From Macrostomum hystrix (Eukaryota; Animalia; Platyhelminthes), in contig CATNEN010000038.1 of NCBI GenBank assembly GCA_950097015.1, positions 9,920,001 through 9,984,000 on the forward strand: a DNA stretch of 64,000 bases, given 5' to 3'. Shown one piece after another: positions 34,747 to 47,859 of this stretch. Each line of letters opens with the position of its first letter. Within the stretch, counting starts at the first letter, position 1. A program made the position numbers and the translations under genes. The notes under the pieces are model-generated. The model worked only from the letters and a program-made list of their open reading frames with translations. It ran no database searches and was not told the DNA's origin.

Positions 34747-36708
34747 TACCTGGATCGTCCAGTGTCTCATTAAATGAATGTTTTAGATATAGACATATAA
34801 TATTTTATTGCTTTGGTGTCCCCCGATAACATAAATTCTGCTATTAAATGTTGTGTTCATGGACTTAAAAACGCACCGTCTTTAATATTTTGTGGTTGCC
34901 GGTCGTCCTTGTCGAAATTGCTACAAATTATTTTGCGTTCTCAATTTTTTTTAATTTTTTATAGAGCCCCGCTGGATGTTTTGCCTGTAGTCCATCACTC
35001 CATCGGACACCAACATCACTCCATCGGATACCAATCTCACTCCATCAGACACCAACCTCACTCCATCGGACGCCAACCTCACTTTATTGGAAACCAACAT
35101 CACTCCATCGGACACCAACCTCACTCCATAGGACACCAACCTCAATCCATCGGATACCAATCTCACTCCATCAGACACCAACCTCACTTCATAGGACACC
35201 AACCTCACTCCATCAGACACCAACCTCACTCCATCGGACACCAACCTCACTCCATCAGACACCAACCTCACTCCATCAGACACCAAACCTCACTCCATCG
35301 GACGCCAACCTCACTCCATCAGACACCAACCTCACTCCATCGGACGCCAACCTCACTTTATTGGAAACCAACATCACTCCATCGGACACCAACCTCACTC
35401 CATAGGACACCAACCTCACTCCATAGGACACCAACCTCACTCCATCGGATACCAATCTCACTCCATCAGACACCAACCTCACTCTATCGGACACCAAACT
35501 CACCCAATTAGGCACCAACCTCTCGCGCACTCATATCTAGGTCGTTGCTGCACTCAAAAGCCGTGCGCCATCTTTCCCATTTTTTGCATGGGCTGAAATC
35601 CAGACCGTCGAGCAGCAGCCGATGATGGAGCCGGGAGCGGGTCTGCGAGCCGACTGATACCTGGATCGTCCAGTGTGATCATTAAATGAATGTTTTAGAT
35701 ATAGAAATATAATATTTTATTGCTTTGGTGTCCCCCGATAACATAAATTCTGCTATTAAATGTTGTGTTCATGGACTCCAAAACGCACTGTCTTTAATAT
35801 TTTGTGGTTGCCGGTCGTCCTTGTCGAAATTGCTACTAATTTTTTGCGTTCTCAATTTTTAAAAAAATTTTATAGAGCCCCGCTGGATGTTTTGCCTGTA
35901 GTCCATCACTCCATCGGACACCAACCTCACTCCGTAGGACACCAACTTCACTCCATCGGATACCAATCTCACTCCATCAGACACCAAACCTCACTCCATC
36001 GGACGCCAACCTCACTCCATCAGACACCAACCTCACTCCATCGGACGCCAACCTCACTCCATAGGACACCAACCTCACTCCATAGGACACCAACCTCACT
36101 CCATCGGATACCAATCTCACTCCATCAGACACCAACCTCACTCCATCGGACGCCAACCTTACTTTATCGGACACCAACCTCACTCCATCGGACGCCAACC
36201 TCACTCCATCGGACGCCAACCTTACTTTATCGGACACCAACCTCACTCCATCGGACGCCAACCTCACTTTATTGGAAACCAACATCACTCTATAGGACAC
36301 CAACCTCACTCCATCGGACGCCAACCTCACTTTATTGGAAACCAACATCACCCCATCGGACACCAACCTCACTCCATCGGACACCAACCTCACTCCATCA
36401 GACACCAAACCTCACTCCATCGGACGCCAACCTCACTCCATCAGACACCAACCTCACTCCATCGGACGCCAACCTCACTTTATTGGAAACCAACATCACT
36501 CCATCGGACACCAACCTCACTCCATAGGACACCAACCTCACTCCATAGGACACCAACCTCACTCCATCGGATACCAATCTCACTCCATCAGACACCAACC
36601 TCACTCTATCGGACACCAAACTCACCCAATTAGGCACCAACCTCTCGCGCACTCATATCTAGGTCGTTGCTGCACTCAAACGCCGTGCGCCATCTTTCCC
36701 ATTTTTTG
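34680..36708. repeat. tandem segmental duplication of GPCR 3' end plus 21-bp minisatellite (CCAACCTCACTCCATCGGACA)
   Basis: 34680-35586 repeated at 35591-36708; arrays at about 34990-35521 and 35903-36643. Confidence 0.9.
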
Positions 36709-37394
36709 TAGCTTTAGATTTCTGAACGCGACGTCGTGAGTTTGAATCTCGGCCCAAGAGAAGCAACTTGCGTCTCTGAGCAAGAAAACTTATCTCCCAT
36801 TGTTTTCGTTCATCCAGTTGTTAAATTTTGCAGTATTAGCATCATCAGTATCGTTTCTTCGGGAATAACGCCGATTAATAGCTTCAGCTCGCGCTCTTAG
36901 TTCAGTAGTCTTTGTTTCTGCACCACGTCAGGTTAAAAAATCTATAAAATATACATTTTTTTGTTGTTAAAAAATATATTTAAGCACCACACAAGCTTGG
37001 GCTTGTTAATTTTTGTCTGTCTAGTTCCGCGTGGGGCATTTACGAGTACATTGTCAGATATCAGCATCAGATGAGGATTAATTTCAAACAATGACTTCTT
37101 TCGTTCACGCCTGACTCACGATCATTCATAGACGACCGAATGATTTCTCTAAACCTTGTGGCCTTCGAATCCCAGACGCTCGACTGACTCGGAAAATTAT
37201 TCAGGCAGCCGAGCCCATCCTTCCTGCGCTTACAAGGTGTGGTCGGAACAATGTCTTGCCCTCCGTGTTTGCCCGATTTGGCGATTACCCTAGGTATCTA
37301 GCAAACATGCCTAGGGTTCTACACATAGGAATGATTAACAGTATAGAAAAACCACACGGGTGTATATCAAATAGACACGTATTTTCTGTATCTT

Positions 37395-37600
37395 CAAACA
37401 TATTCTACCAATCACCATGGCAAATGCAGGACTTCGTCTAAACTTTTCCGCTCATTCCGATAAAGCAACTTCCAGAATCACAAACATCGACATCGTCGAC
37501 ATATTCAATGATTCTCGTCGGGGTATCCGGTGGCAAAGTCCACCAATGTAGGCATAACTTTTCTGCTCACAAAATTTCATCATGTAACTGTCGGCTATTA
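37395..37600. mobile_element. dispersed repeat family D
   Basis: ATCACAAACATCGACATCGTCGACATATTCAATGATTCTCGTCGGGGT matches the 16.9 kb copy. Confidence 0.65.
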
Positions 37601-37971
37601 TTGTTGTCATTGTTCTTCTAAAATTTCTTTCTAAAATTCCAACATATTAAAAGAACTTGACTTTATGGTAGTTGTAGATTAACTAGCTTAAATAGAATTT
37701 ACATTAACAAGCAGTGTAGTGAGAGGTAGCAGCCCAGGCAAAATCACCTCGTTCCTCACAAAACTCGTCATTGATTGCTTCTTATTAAATAGGGATGAAA
37801 TATTGAAGCCTTAAATCAATTATAAAGGTTTCTTCTGATTTTTAATACCATTAATTATTCAAATTATTCACAGAACGCAGAGATTTAATCAGTTCAGAAA
37901 GTTCTATTTAAACAGTTCTCTTTGCGTCCAACGCGTGAGTTAAAATTCACCTGGAATCATTTAACCTTGAT

Positions 37972-38313
37972 TCACATCTCGCTCGCCTCCTGGTAGCGAA
38001 GAATCGTGTCGATGATGTCCTCGAATGTGACTGCCTTGGGTTTCTCGCTCTCCTGAGGCTTCTGGCTCGAGCCGAATAGAGCCTGGCGATGCCGAATCAC
38101 GTACTGGATGACGAAGACGATGTAGACTAACAGCAATGCTGCCGGAACAGACAGCAGTAGCAGGGGGTTTCGATGCCCCTTGACCGACTCTCGCAGTACG
38201 ATCTTATCATTCCGCAGGGTCTCTTCCAGCAGATGCCAGATTAAAGGCACTTCGTAATCGTACTGCTGCTCCGACGGGACGTTGCCGCGAACGCTGCTCA
38301 CATTTGATGACAT
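37972..38313 (-). CDS. small single-pass membrane protein, unknown family (113 aa)
   Basis: GC-rich ATG-initiated ORF in AT-rich surroundings; hydrophobic PLLLLSVPAALLLVYIVFVIQYVI followed by RHR. Confidence 0.6.
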   Translation of the reverse strand: MSSNVSSVRGNVPSEQQYDYEVPLIWHLLEETLRNDKIVLRESVKGHRNPLLLLSVPAALLLVYIVFVIQYVIRHRQALFGSSQKPQESEKPKAVTFEDIIDTILRYQEASEM

Positions 38314-38794
38314 TCGGAAAGATTTCTGAACGCTAGTGAGTGAGAAAACGCTTGAGGCATGAGTTGGCGGCGTTTATCAATCATATTCTCATTTGATTCC
38401 CATCCTTTTACCATAGATATAATTAATTATGCCTGCATCGGTGTTGAAGTGGAAGGTTTTATGCCTATTCTATTCTAAAAATAAACCTTCAATCACTGAA
38501 TCGATGAGGCATTCAATGAATCTATGCCATAGACAAAATCAATATTGGATAATTGAGTGTACATGATTTCCAGGATTTTATGTAGCGGACTATTCTACAG
38601 CGACTATTATAGACAAATTTGCAGCGTTCACAGGCGTCTTCGGAAATGAAAAATGAAGATTGTTGTTAGCAATCAGTTCTTAATATGGCATCTACGAGTA
38701 TTTTTGACTATTACGAACTAGGATTTGGACAGTTTAGGACAATTTAGGACAATTTATTGCAAGAACTAAAACGAATTATATAGAATAATTGATT

Positions 38795-38950
38795 ACACCT
38801 GCCCCAATAGCTAAGTGCGCAGCAGACCCACCCTCAATTACCTAGTACCTATTTAACAGATGGGTGGACTGAAGCAATGCAGAGTTGGGAATCGAACCCC
38901 GACCTTCAAGTCATAAGTCCGATGCTCTAACCATTAAGGCTACAACCCCT
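38795..38950 (-). mobile_element. SINE family A, internally deleted
   Basis: Reverse complement of head (GGTTAGAGCATCGGACTTATGACTTGAAGGTCGGGGTTCGATTCC) and core. Confidence 0.75.
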
Positions 38951-39261
38951 CTACTAGGCAACTACTCCTCTATTTCGCTACAATCTTTGAAAAGGTTGCC
39001 ATGATCAAAGCTGTCAAGTCAGTGCCTGAAAGTATAGCGACTTTTCTAGTCGATGGGGTGATTTCACTTTGATTAGAAACCTAGGGAAACCTACGAGTAT
39101 ATTGACAAGATACATCAAAGCTACTCGTAAATTTAGAGTCTCCGATTTTCTGCATCGCGCGGTTGTCATCATACAATTTTTTGCAATTTTGCCGCTATCG
39201 AATTTAATTAATTTAGTCACACAAGTAGATAAGAAAATGCTTTCAAGCCTTAGCGAGGTTA

Positions 39262-39630
39262 TTGATAATAATAATAATAATTACAGAAGGGCTGTGGGCA
39301 ATGGCAGATCATTTGGTGACAGTAGACACGCAGTTAGTGAGGAGGCTATTCCGTCCATTCCGTTGACTCCTGAGCACACACGCATACAGATACTGTACGC
39401 AGGCACACGCTCACATAGGTGTGTACATCTGCCCTGACTTTCTCATCTACAGGCAGTGTACACTCTCACTGTGCCTTGGAGGTCGGCCCTCAAGGGTGCA
39501 AAATGCACGACAAGCCACCAAGCTCTCTCTCCACGGCTGCGCCCCAAGTGAATGCGGCCTCGCCGCGGAATCGAGCTCAGGGACCTTGGTGCGAGAGGCA
39601 AACGCGTTGAACGGTCTGCCACTCACCCCC
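39262..39630 (-). mobile_element. SINE family C, full length
   Basis: Head GGTGAGTGGCAGACCG..GAGCTCGATTCC, (ATT)n tail. Confidence 0.88.
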
Positions 39631-40024
39631 ATTACCGAGTTTTGCATCTGGAAATGCTACTGCAAGTAGTTCTGACAGACTGTCTGTCACCTCCCTCACT
39701 ATTTTCCTACCTTACCATTTCGGATTATTTGCACTGTTCGCAACCTGGATTACTGTCAGTCAAGCAGGGAAAAGGCAGTTATTCTCAATCGGATGCAAAA
39801 GCCGAGGAAAAAAGATTTGAGCCGCTGTCCCTCAAACGGAGAAACGACAAAATAGCGAAAAAAGTTTTCTTGGCAACCCAGTAAGTTTCTTTGCAAGAAA
39901 GTTTTTTTGTTCGGTTGAGCGATTTCCAATAAAGGAAATAAGAAGATAAAAAGAATTTTGCAAAGGTGAAGTGATATTTGTTGTGTCATTCTTGCGACTA
40001 TAGATCTTTGCTGACATTTTGCAA

Positions 40025-40485
40025 ACTGAATTGAAGGAATGAATGAATTGAACTAAAGGAATGAATGAATTGAACTGAAGGAATGAATGAATTGAGCTGA
40101 AGGAATGAATGAATTGAGCTGAAGGAATGAATGAATTGAACTGAAGGAATGAATGAATTGAACTGAAGGAATGAATGAATTGAATTGAAGGAATGAATGA
40201 ATGAATGAAGAAATGAATGAATGAATGAATGAATGAATGAATGAAATAATGAATGAATGAATGAATGAACGAACGAACGAACGAATGAATGAATGAATGA
40301 ATGAATGAATGAATGAATGAATGAATGAATGAATGAATGAATGAACGAACGAACGAATGAATGAATGAATGAATGAATGAAGGAATGAATGAACGAACGA
40401 ACGAATGAAGGAATGAATGAATGAATGAATGAATGAATGAATGAATGAATGAAGGAATGAATGAATGAATGAATGAATGAATGAA
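40025..40485. repeat. (GAAT)n microsatellite grading into a 22-bp unit
   Basis: Direct reading. Confidence 0.95.
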
Positions 40486-41097
40486 CTGCATGTACTATTG
40501 TATGAAGAGTAAAGCCGTCACTCTCGCATGATGTTGACACGGTCATAATTATCGGATTCATGTGGGTCAGAGTTCTAAACTTGCGTGTTGAAATGAATTC
40601 GCTCATTTGAATCATGCATGATTTCCCGCTGACAGACAAACTCATGAACTAATATGACTTTTGAAGGCCTTGTTTAGATCCTCATTGGACTCAAGTGTCA
40701 TGGATTAAATTTAGGAGCCAACTAGCATACCACCAAATTGAATTGAACTGATTTGTAGCATAGAATATTTAACATTGTCAAAAAGAACTAAGCTCATTCA
40801 TTCACAAAGTATTAAGTTGAGCTAATAGATTTTATCCACTTTCTACACTGACTTTTTCACTACTCAATTTGGATGCTCATCAATTGTTCTCATGTCAGAC
40901 TGCAGTTTAGCTCATAACTGCATGTTCTTCTAGCCATTAAGTTTGGACGCTTTGTTGGCTAATCTCAAAGGGCTTAAGTAGCCTATGCATGCAGCAGCAA
41001 ATTAAAGCACAGAGTCAGTAATATCAGGAATATATGTTAAGTCTAGGTAAAGTCTAGGTAATATAGTTAGTAAACATTATTATTACATAATAATCTA

Positions 41098-41755
41098 TAG
41101 GGATAGGTTGTAGCCTAGAGGTTAGAGCGTCGGACTCACGACTTGGAGGTCGGGGGTTCGATTACTGACTCCAATGGAACAATTTTTGTACTTTAGCAAG
41201 ACACTTAACTCTGCATTGCTTCAGTTCACCCAGCTGTTAAATTGGTGCTAGCATAAGCTGGGATAATTGAGGGTGTAAGTTGTAGAGCGGTCAACGCGTT
41301 TGCCTCTCTCACCAAGGTCCCTGAGCTCGAGTCCGCGGCGAGGCCACATTCATTTGGGGCGCAGCCGCGGAGAGAGAGCTTGGTGGCTTGTCGTGCATTT
41401 TGCACCCTTGTGGGCCGACCTCCAAGGCACAGTGAGAGTGTACACTCCCTGAAGATGAGAAAGTCAGGGCAGATGTACACACCTATGTGAGCATGTGCCT
41501 GCGTATAGTATCTGTGTGCGTGTGTGCTCAGGAGTCAACGGAATGGGCAGAATGACCTCGTTGACTGTGCGTCTAGTGTCATCAAAATGATGTGTCAATC
41601 GCCTGCTGCCCTCCTGCAATTATTAATATTACTTGTTGGGGTAATTGAGTGGCTGGGTGAGGCGTCCCACCAGTCCATGGACTGACCAGCCGTACGCAGC
41701 ATTCAGATGCGCCGCATCTGGTCCGATCGAGGCAGGTGTTATCAATGATTATTAA
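41098..41755 (+). mobile_element. SINE family A interrupted by a SINE family C copy (41272-41632)
   Basis: Family A sequence stops at GGATAATTGAG and resumes at GGGTAATTGAG (approximate TSD) after a complete family C copy. Confidence 0.85.
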
Positions 41756-42409
41756 TAATTTAACTGCTCAATCGAGATTTCGAAAAAAAAACTAATTTCG
41801 AGTTTCAGTCGAGTCTAAATAACGCTTCACACACGACTGCACACGACAACACATCCTTCCACCAACACCAGCCAAATGGCACAGTAATAATCAATTATTT
41901 ATAGCAGGTTTATTTAGTCAGAACAGATCGACATAAATTCCGCCTAGATGTTTAGTAGATGGGCTGCTGCAGCTATCGCGCGGCACTTCCAAAGCCGTGC
42001 TGATTCGGACTGGTCCAGAATCAATCATGGTTTTTGAACTGATCACCAAATCTTAGCCCATGCAGAATTTCCCTAGACAAGCGGGCTAATGATATTGATA
42101 ATGATAATGATATAAGGCATTCAGTGAGCCGTGCTCTAGAGAGTCGCATGCAGAGATTGGTGGCTAGTTCCGCGAGCCAATGAGTTGCCTTGACGCGAAC
42201 TCTGGGAAGATGGGAAGATACTATTAATAAATTTGCAAATTGACGTCTTTTTCATGCAAGTCCCCAGGTAGATTCCAGTGCTGCTGTGTTGTGTTGCTGT
42301 GGGCTCACCATGAACAGGTAAGGACACAAGTTTGTTCTAATGAGCACGTTATGTTTATTTGGCATTATATGTATATCGTTATAAAAGTAATGACACTGTT
42401 ATTAATATG

Positions 42410-42690
42410 ATTTGCAGGAAAGCTTTGGGCACAAGACACAGACCTACACAGATACCGTACGCAGGCACACGCTCACACAGGTGTGTACATCTGCCCTGAC
42501 TTTCTCATCGTCAGGCAGTATACACTCTCACTGTGCCTTGGAGGTTGGCCCTCAGGGGCGTAAATTGCACGACAAGCCCCCAAGCCCTCTCTCCGCGGCT
42601 GCGCACCAAATGAATGTGGCCTCGCCGCGGAATCGAGTTCAGGGACCTTGGTCCGAAATTCAAACGCTTTTGACCGCTCTGCCACTCACC
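42410..42690 (-). mobile_element. SINE family C
   Basis: Matches 39.3 kb copy. Confidence 0.85.
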
Positions 42691-42834
42691 TCAAAAATTA
42701 CTTTAAATTATTTTACTGCGCAGTTAAACTTTCTGCAGTTTTGCTGATTTAAGTGAGTTTTCATTACTGAAATATTCACACGAAGCGCTGGGATTTAAAT
42801 TGTTTCTGACAAGAAATTCAAAGCTGATGAGATC

Positions 42835-42900
42835 ATTCTATTCTGTTCTATTCTGTTCTGTTCTATTCTATTCTGTTCTATTCTATTCTATTCTATTCTC
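42835..42900. repeat. (TTCTR)n microsatellite forming the acceptor pyrimidine tract
   Basis: Direct reading; ends at CATAG acceptor 42904. Confidence 0.9.
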
Positions 42901-42904
42901 ATAG

Positions 42905-43880
42905 GACAGTGGCGAATCCCGATAACACCGCTTCGGTCTTGAATGTCGTCCGCCTGGCTCTGGAGGCCACCATCTCTGTCACCGCAATTGTTGGCAACTC
43001 ACTCACCGTGGCGGCTATCGTGCTCAATCAGAGCATGCGCAAGCCGACTAACTACCTGGTGGCGAATCTGGCAATCACGGATCTCCTGGTGGGATGCGTG
43101 GCCATTCCGTTCTCGTTGGTATCGGAGAGCGGCTTTCCTAGAAACGAATTTCACGGCTGCCTGATCATTAACTCCCTGATAGTGAGCCTCACTCAGGTGA
43201 GCATATTCGGCATGCTGGCGATCTCCCTAGAGAGGTTCACGGCCGTCTTGCTGCCGCTGAGGTATCGACGCCTGCAGTCGAGCCGCTGGATTTCCGTCAT
43301 CTGCCTGGCGACTTGGCTGGCCGGGCTGCTGGCCGGAAACCTCCCTCTGATGGGATGGAATCTAGGACCCCCGGCGGACGGTCAGTGCAGCTTTCTGGCA
43401 GTCATAGACATGAGGTTCATGGTGTACTTCAATTTTTTCGTGTGCGTCCTGCCGCCGCTGCTTGTAGTCGGCGTCGTGTACGGCTGCATCTTTCGAGCGC
43501 TGTTGGTTAGAGCCAATCAACGCCATGTTGTCAGTGGCAGTACAGAGATGAGCAATGAGCCTTCAGCTAGGAATTCCCTCAGCGAACGCAGAGCAGCCAA
43601 AAGCCTGGCCATTGTTGTGCTGCTCTTTTTATTCTGCTGGCTGCCGCTGCACTGTCTCAACACACTGAGTCTGCTCTGCCCTTCGACCTGCGCCTATCCC
43701 TTCGAGCTGCTCGTCTGCGCGATTCTGCTCAGTCACGCCAACAGTGCGCTGAATCCTTTTGTGTACGCGCTGTCCAGCACCCAGTTCCGCACAGCCTACA
43801 AGCGTATGCTGACACCAAGCTGCCTGCGTCACCGCGTGACCACTGTTCATGCGTTTGTTAACGCCGAGACCACTTTTTGA
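42905..43880 (+). CDS. adenosine receptor, A2-like (main exon; ATG in an upstream exon)
   Basis: LTQVSIFGMLAISLERF, LPLMGWN, CSF..VIDMRFMVYFNFFVCVLPPLL, AAKSLAI..CWLPLH..N, LLSHANSALNPFVYA; candidate first exon ATG GCA CA|GTAATA at 41876-41883 (weak). Confidence 0.9.
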
Positions 43881-43900
43881 ATATTCTAAACGTGCAGCTT

Positions 43901-45080
43901 CGGGGGTGTTTCGCAAACTCAAAGTTTCACATTGTCGAACGACACTCTCTTTCATAAACCCGAAATTTCACAACGATGAAATTTCACAACACCGAAATAT
44001 CAAAACGTGAAATTCTATAAACCCTAGCACTACAGCAATAGGAGACTTCACAACATCGAATTACACTGCAGAGAACGTCTCCTAGCTCTGTCGTGTAATT
44101 TGACATTGTGAAGTCTCGTGTCTCAGTAGTGTAATTCGATGTTGTGAAGTCTCGTGTCTCAGTAGTGTAATTCGATGTTGTGAAGTCTCGTGTATCAGTA
44201 GTGTAATTCGATGTTGTGAAGTCTCGTGTATCAGTAGTGTAATTCGATGTTGTGAAGTCTCGTGTCTCAGTAGTGTAATTCGATGTTGTGAAGTCTCGTG
44301 TATCAGTGGTGTAATTCGATATTGTGAAGTCTCGTGTATCAGTAGTGTAATTCGATGTTGTGAAGTCTCGTGTCTCAGTAGTGTAATTCGATATTGTGAA
44401 GTCTCGTGTATCAGTAGTGTAATTCGATGTTGTGAAGTCTCGTGTATCAGTGGTGTAATTCGATGTTGTGAAGTCTCGTGTATCAGTAGTGTAATTCGAT
44501 GTTGTGAAGTCTCGTGTATCAGTGGTGTAATTCGATGTTGTGAAGTCTCGTGTTTCAGTAGTGTAATTCGATGTTGTGAAGTCTCGTGTCTCAGTAGTGT
44601 AATTCGATGTTGTGAAGTCTCGTGTTTCAGTAGTGTAATTCGATGTTGTGAAGTCTCGTGTTTCAGTAGTGTAATTCGATGTTGTGAAGTCTCGTGTATC
44701 AGTGGTGTAATTCGATGTTGTGAAGTCTCGTGTATCAGTAGTGTAATTCGATGTTGTGAAGTCTCGTGTATCAGTAGTGTAATTCGATGTTGTGAAGTCT
44801 CGTGTATCAGTAGTGTAATTCGATGTTGTGAAGTCTCGTGTATCAGTAGTGTAATTCGATGTTGTGAAGTCTCGTGTATCAGTAGTGTAATTCGATGTTG
44901 TGAAGTCTCGTGTCTCAGTAGTGTAATTCGATGTTGTGAAGTCTCGTGTTTCAGTAGTGTAATTCGATGTTGTGAAGTCTCGTGTATCAGTGGTGTAATT
45001 CGATGTTGTGAAGTCTCCTATTTCCCCAGGACTTTGTGAAATTCAATGTTGTGAAATCTTGGGTTTGTGAAAGCACCCCG
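43901..45080. mobile_element. unclassified TIR element containing a 36-bp satellite
   Basis: Ends CGGGGGTGTTTCGCAAACTCAAAGTTTCACA / TGTGAAATCTTGGGTTTGTGAAAGCACCCCG; possible TSD CAGCTT/CTGCTT. Confidence 0.7.
44090..45017. repeat. 36-bp tandem array (AGTAGTGTAATTCGATGTTGTGAAGTCTCGTGTATC), about 25 units
   Basis: Head-to-tail units, no spacers. Confidence 0.95.
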
Positions 45081-46074
45081 CTGCTTCTAACTGAAGAAGC
45101 CTAGAGAACTTTTAACTTTTTTTTCACAAAATCTTAGAAGATAGTCAAGTGTACTTTTACAGTAAATATGAGCATTTTTCTGTCTTTTGTCAAAACCAGA
45201 TTTGTACCGTTTGTTAAAGCTATTTAACTGGGCACTGCACATAACAAAAAAGGCGCCCGCGGGCATGTTTGCTGACATTGCAACTAAAACTTGTTCCACC
45301 TGTCGCTCGTTCAAATAATTCTCGCAAAACAAACATCTTGGATCTATTTGGGCTCGCTTTAGAGTATTATTCTTGCCATGACATATTTTTGAATAATCTA
45401 ACGCATAATTAAAGTGTACAGCTATAGCAGCTGAGACAGGCAGTCTGTTCACGGTGTTATGAATATCTTGAAATATTATACAGACGGTTATAAACAGAAT
45501 AAGACAACATTAACAGTAGGACTACCAAGCCATTTTACCGCCCATTTTTATTCTAGCAGCTCTGTCTAAATAAAGGTAGGTGACTACCGAAGTCGGAGAT
45601 GATGCAGGCACATTCGGGTGACGTTTGAGGGCCTGGCAAGCCACACTGAGGCGCAGTGCTAATTCGTGCATAGGACGATAGCTCTTAATGGAAAACCTTC
45701 AGCCAAACCCGTTGAATATCTCGACGGTCTGAAGGGCTGGCGACTTGATTCTTGTTTCAGCAAGTAGGCCCCCGTGTTCTTGAGTTTCGGTTGCTCCATT
45801 CCGGTGCAGCAAAAAATTGAGATATTCCTCCCCTTGGTTAATGCAGTTCTACTGTTAAGTACGGATTAGTGTGATAGAAGAAAGATTGTTGATTGATCTT
45901 GAATAAAGACCGCAACGGTTTTGCTAAGCAGCTGTTAAAAAATAATACTTTTAATATATAATAATTCAAATCGATATTACTTGCATATATACGTCCGTCA
46001 AAAAAGGTAAAAAAATATAAATGGCTAGGTTAAATACGCTCTAAGTGATTAGTTAGTTTGGTTGAACACAGGAA

Positions 46075-46352
46075 AGTGAGTGGCAGAGAGCAGTTAACGC
46101 GTTTGCCTCTCGAACCAAAGGTCCCTGAGCTCGATTCCGCGGCGAGGCCACATTCATTTCGGGCGCGGCCGTGGAGAGAAAGCTTTGGGGCTTGTCGTGC
46201 AATTCACGCCCTTGAGGGCCAACCTCCAAGGCACAGTGAAAGTGTACAATACCTGACGATGAGAAAGTCACCTCGCTGGCTGCAGGTCTAGGGTCACGAA
46301 AGGAAGTGCCATTGCCCGCAGCCCTCTTAAAAGCTCGATTTATTATAATATA
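46075..46352 (+). mobile_element. SINE family C with internal deletion
   Basis: Head AGTGAGTGGCAGAGAGCAG..GAGCTCGATTCC, ATT tail. Confidence 0.85.
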
Positions 46353-46764
46353 ATATACACATGACGCCAGCCATAAGCTTCGAAAAGCGACAGCGTCAGA
46401 ATATGACACGCCGATGAGTTTGAGGTGAAGCAGCCAGCATCCTCAGCCAGTCGACCTTGCAGTACCGCCTTCTTTTTGCCTTGCCCGGGCGCCAGACGCA
46501 GCGCGTTCGGCAGGGCCGAATGCGCCGCGTCGAGTTGCCCCTAGAACACGTCGGTCAGCGTCCAGGTTTCTTGCATTGTATCATGCGGTCTCAACGACCA
46601 CCTGGAAGAGCTCTGACTTGGCGCCGTCCGTCAGCATGTCTAAAAGCAGCACCGTTCGCAACGATCGAACGGCGGCCCAGGCCTTGTCGCGCCAATTCGT
46701 CGCACTGTACGTCTGGTGCGAAAAGTGATGAAATTTGAAAGTTGAAAATGTTTGCCTAAATTTC

Positions 46765-46925
46765 TAGGTTTTGCCACCAGACACCCCGACGAGAATTGTT
46801 GAATATCTCGACGATGCCGATGTTTTGTGATTCTGGAAGTTGTCTCATCGGATAGAGTGGAAAATTTTAGCTCGTGTTCTGAATATTCATGTCGATTGGT
46901 TGAATATTTTGGAAGATCAGAAAAA
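46765..46925. mobile_element. dispersed repeat family D
   Basis: Matches 3775-3935. Confidence 0.7.
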
Positions 46926-47859
46926 TGCGTGCATTTGAAGTACCCGCGTGGTCTACTAATTAGAGATTATGTGGAGGACACTGTTGATTTTCAAAGAGCA
47001 TTACCGTTTCTTAGATATTTTGAGCAACCCACTCACGCCATTATCTTATTATCTGATTCAAGGATGCATGCCAACTCAATTACTTGTTTAGGGTTTTGAA
47101 ATTTGAATTGAGTAATTCGATGCAAGACAACTAGCAATTCGATGCAATTCAAGCCTTGATTTTTCAAGTACATTCAAGTGCACGTATTTTCATTTCAGCT
47201 CTAAAACTGAAAGCCAGAATTCGCCTATAGTGCGTTCTAACTCGCATTTTCCTCAATATTTAGATGCATTCCACTGTGCAATCGTTTTTTTTATTAATTT
47301 GCATTTGTAATAAAGTAGCTTAAAGCTATTTTAGACGCCTACTTACAGTAAGGCATCTGGCACGCTTCTAATGCATGGATCTAGCTCGTATGTGTCGAAA
47401 ACCACACTCCATGTATTGTGGATTGTGATTTTGATTGAGGACATTCCAGTAACTGGGAAGCAGGTGCTTGAGACAGCTTCCTGCACGAGGATCATCAGAA
47501 TTGTGCCTATAGGCGAATCGAACAGGTGAATTGTTGATATGTGCATCATCATCACTTCCTTCCTCAGCTTCAGTCTACCACCTGAGTGAGTGAGGTGTAC
47601 AATTAACCTGAGCCATGGAGCTCAGAATCTAGAAACTGTAGAGACAACTCCACTACTACTAGGAGAAAAATACGTTAATAACTTCCGAATCGAGCAGCAT
47701 ATTTTCAAAAAGTTTGCTTTATTAGAAAGCTTGATAAATTCTCTAAAATTAAGCTGAAGCTTATCTGTCCATCTGTTTGGCGGAGAGTTAGGCTTTTGTA
47801 CGTCCGTTTAACTTCTGCTACTGGAACCGGTCAGCTTCTGGAGCCTCCTTTGCAGTACT

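Noticed and set aside
34813-40645. HQPHSIG, HRTPTSL and FIHS repeat ORFs
   Set aside because: Translations of the 21-bp minisatellite and (GAAT)n
44090-45017. CRISPR-like 36-bp repeat
   Set aside because: Units are head-to-tail with no unique spacers, there are no cas genes, and the context is eukaryotic
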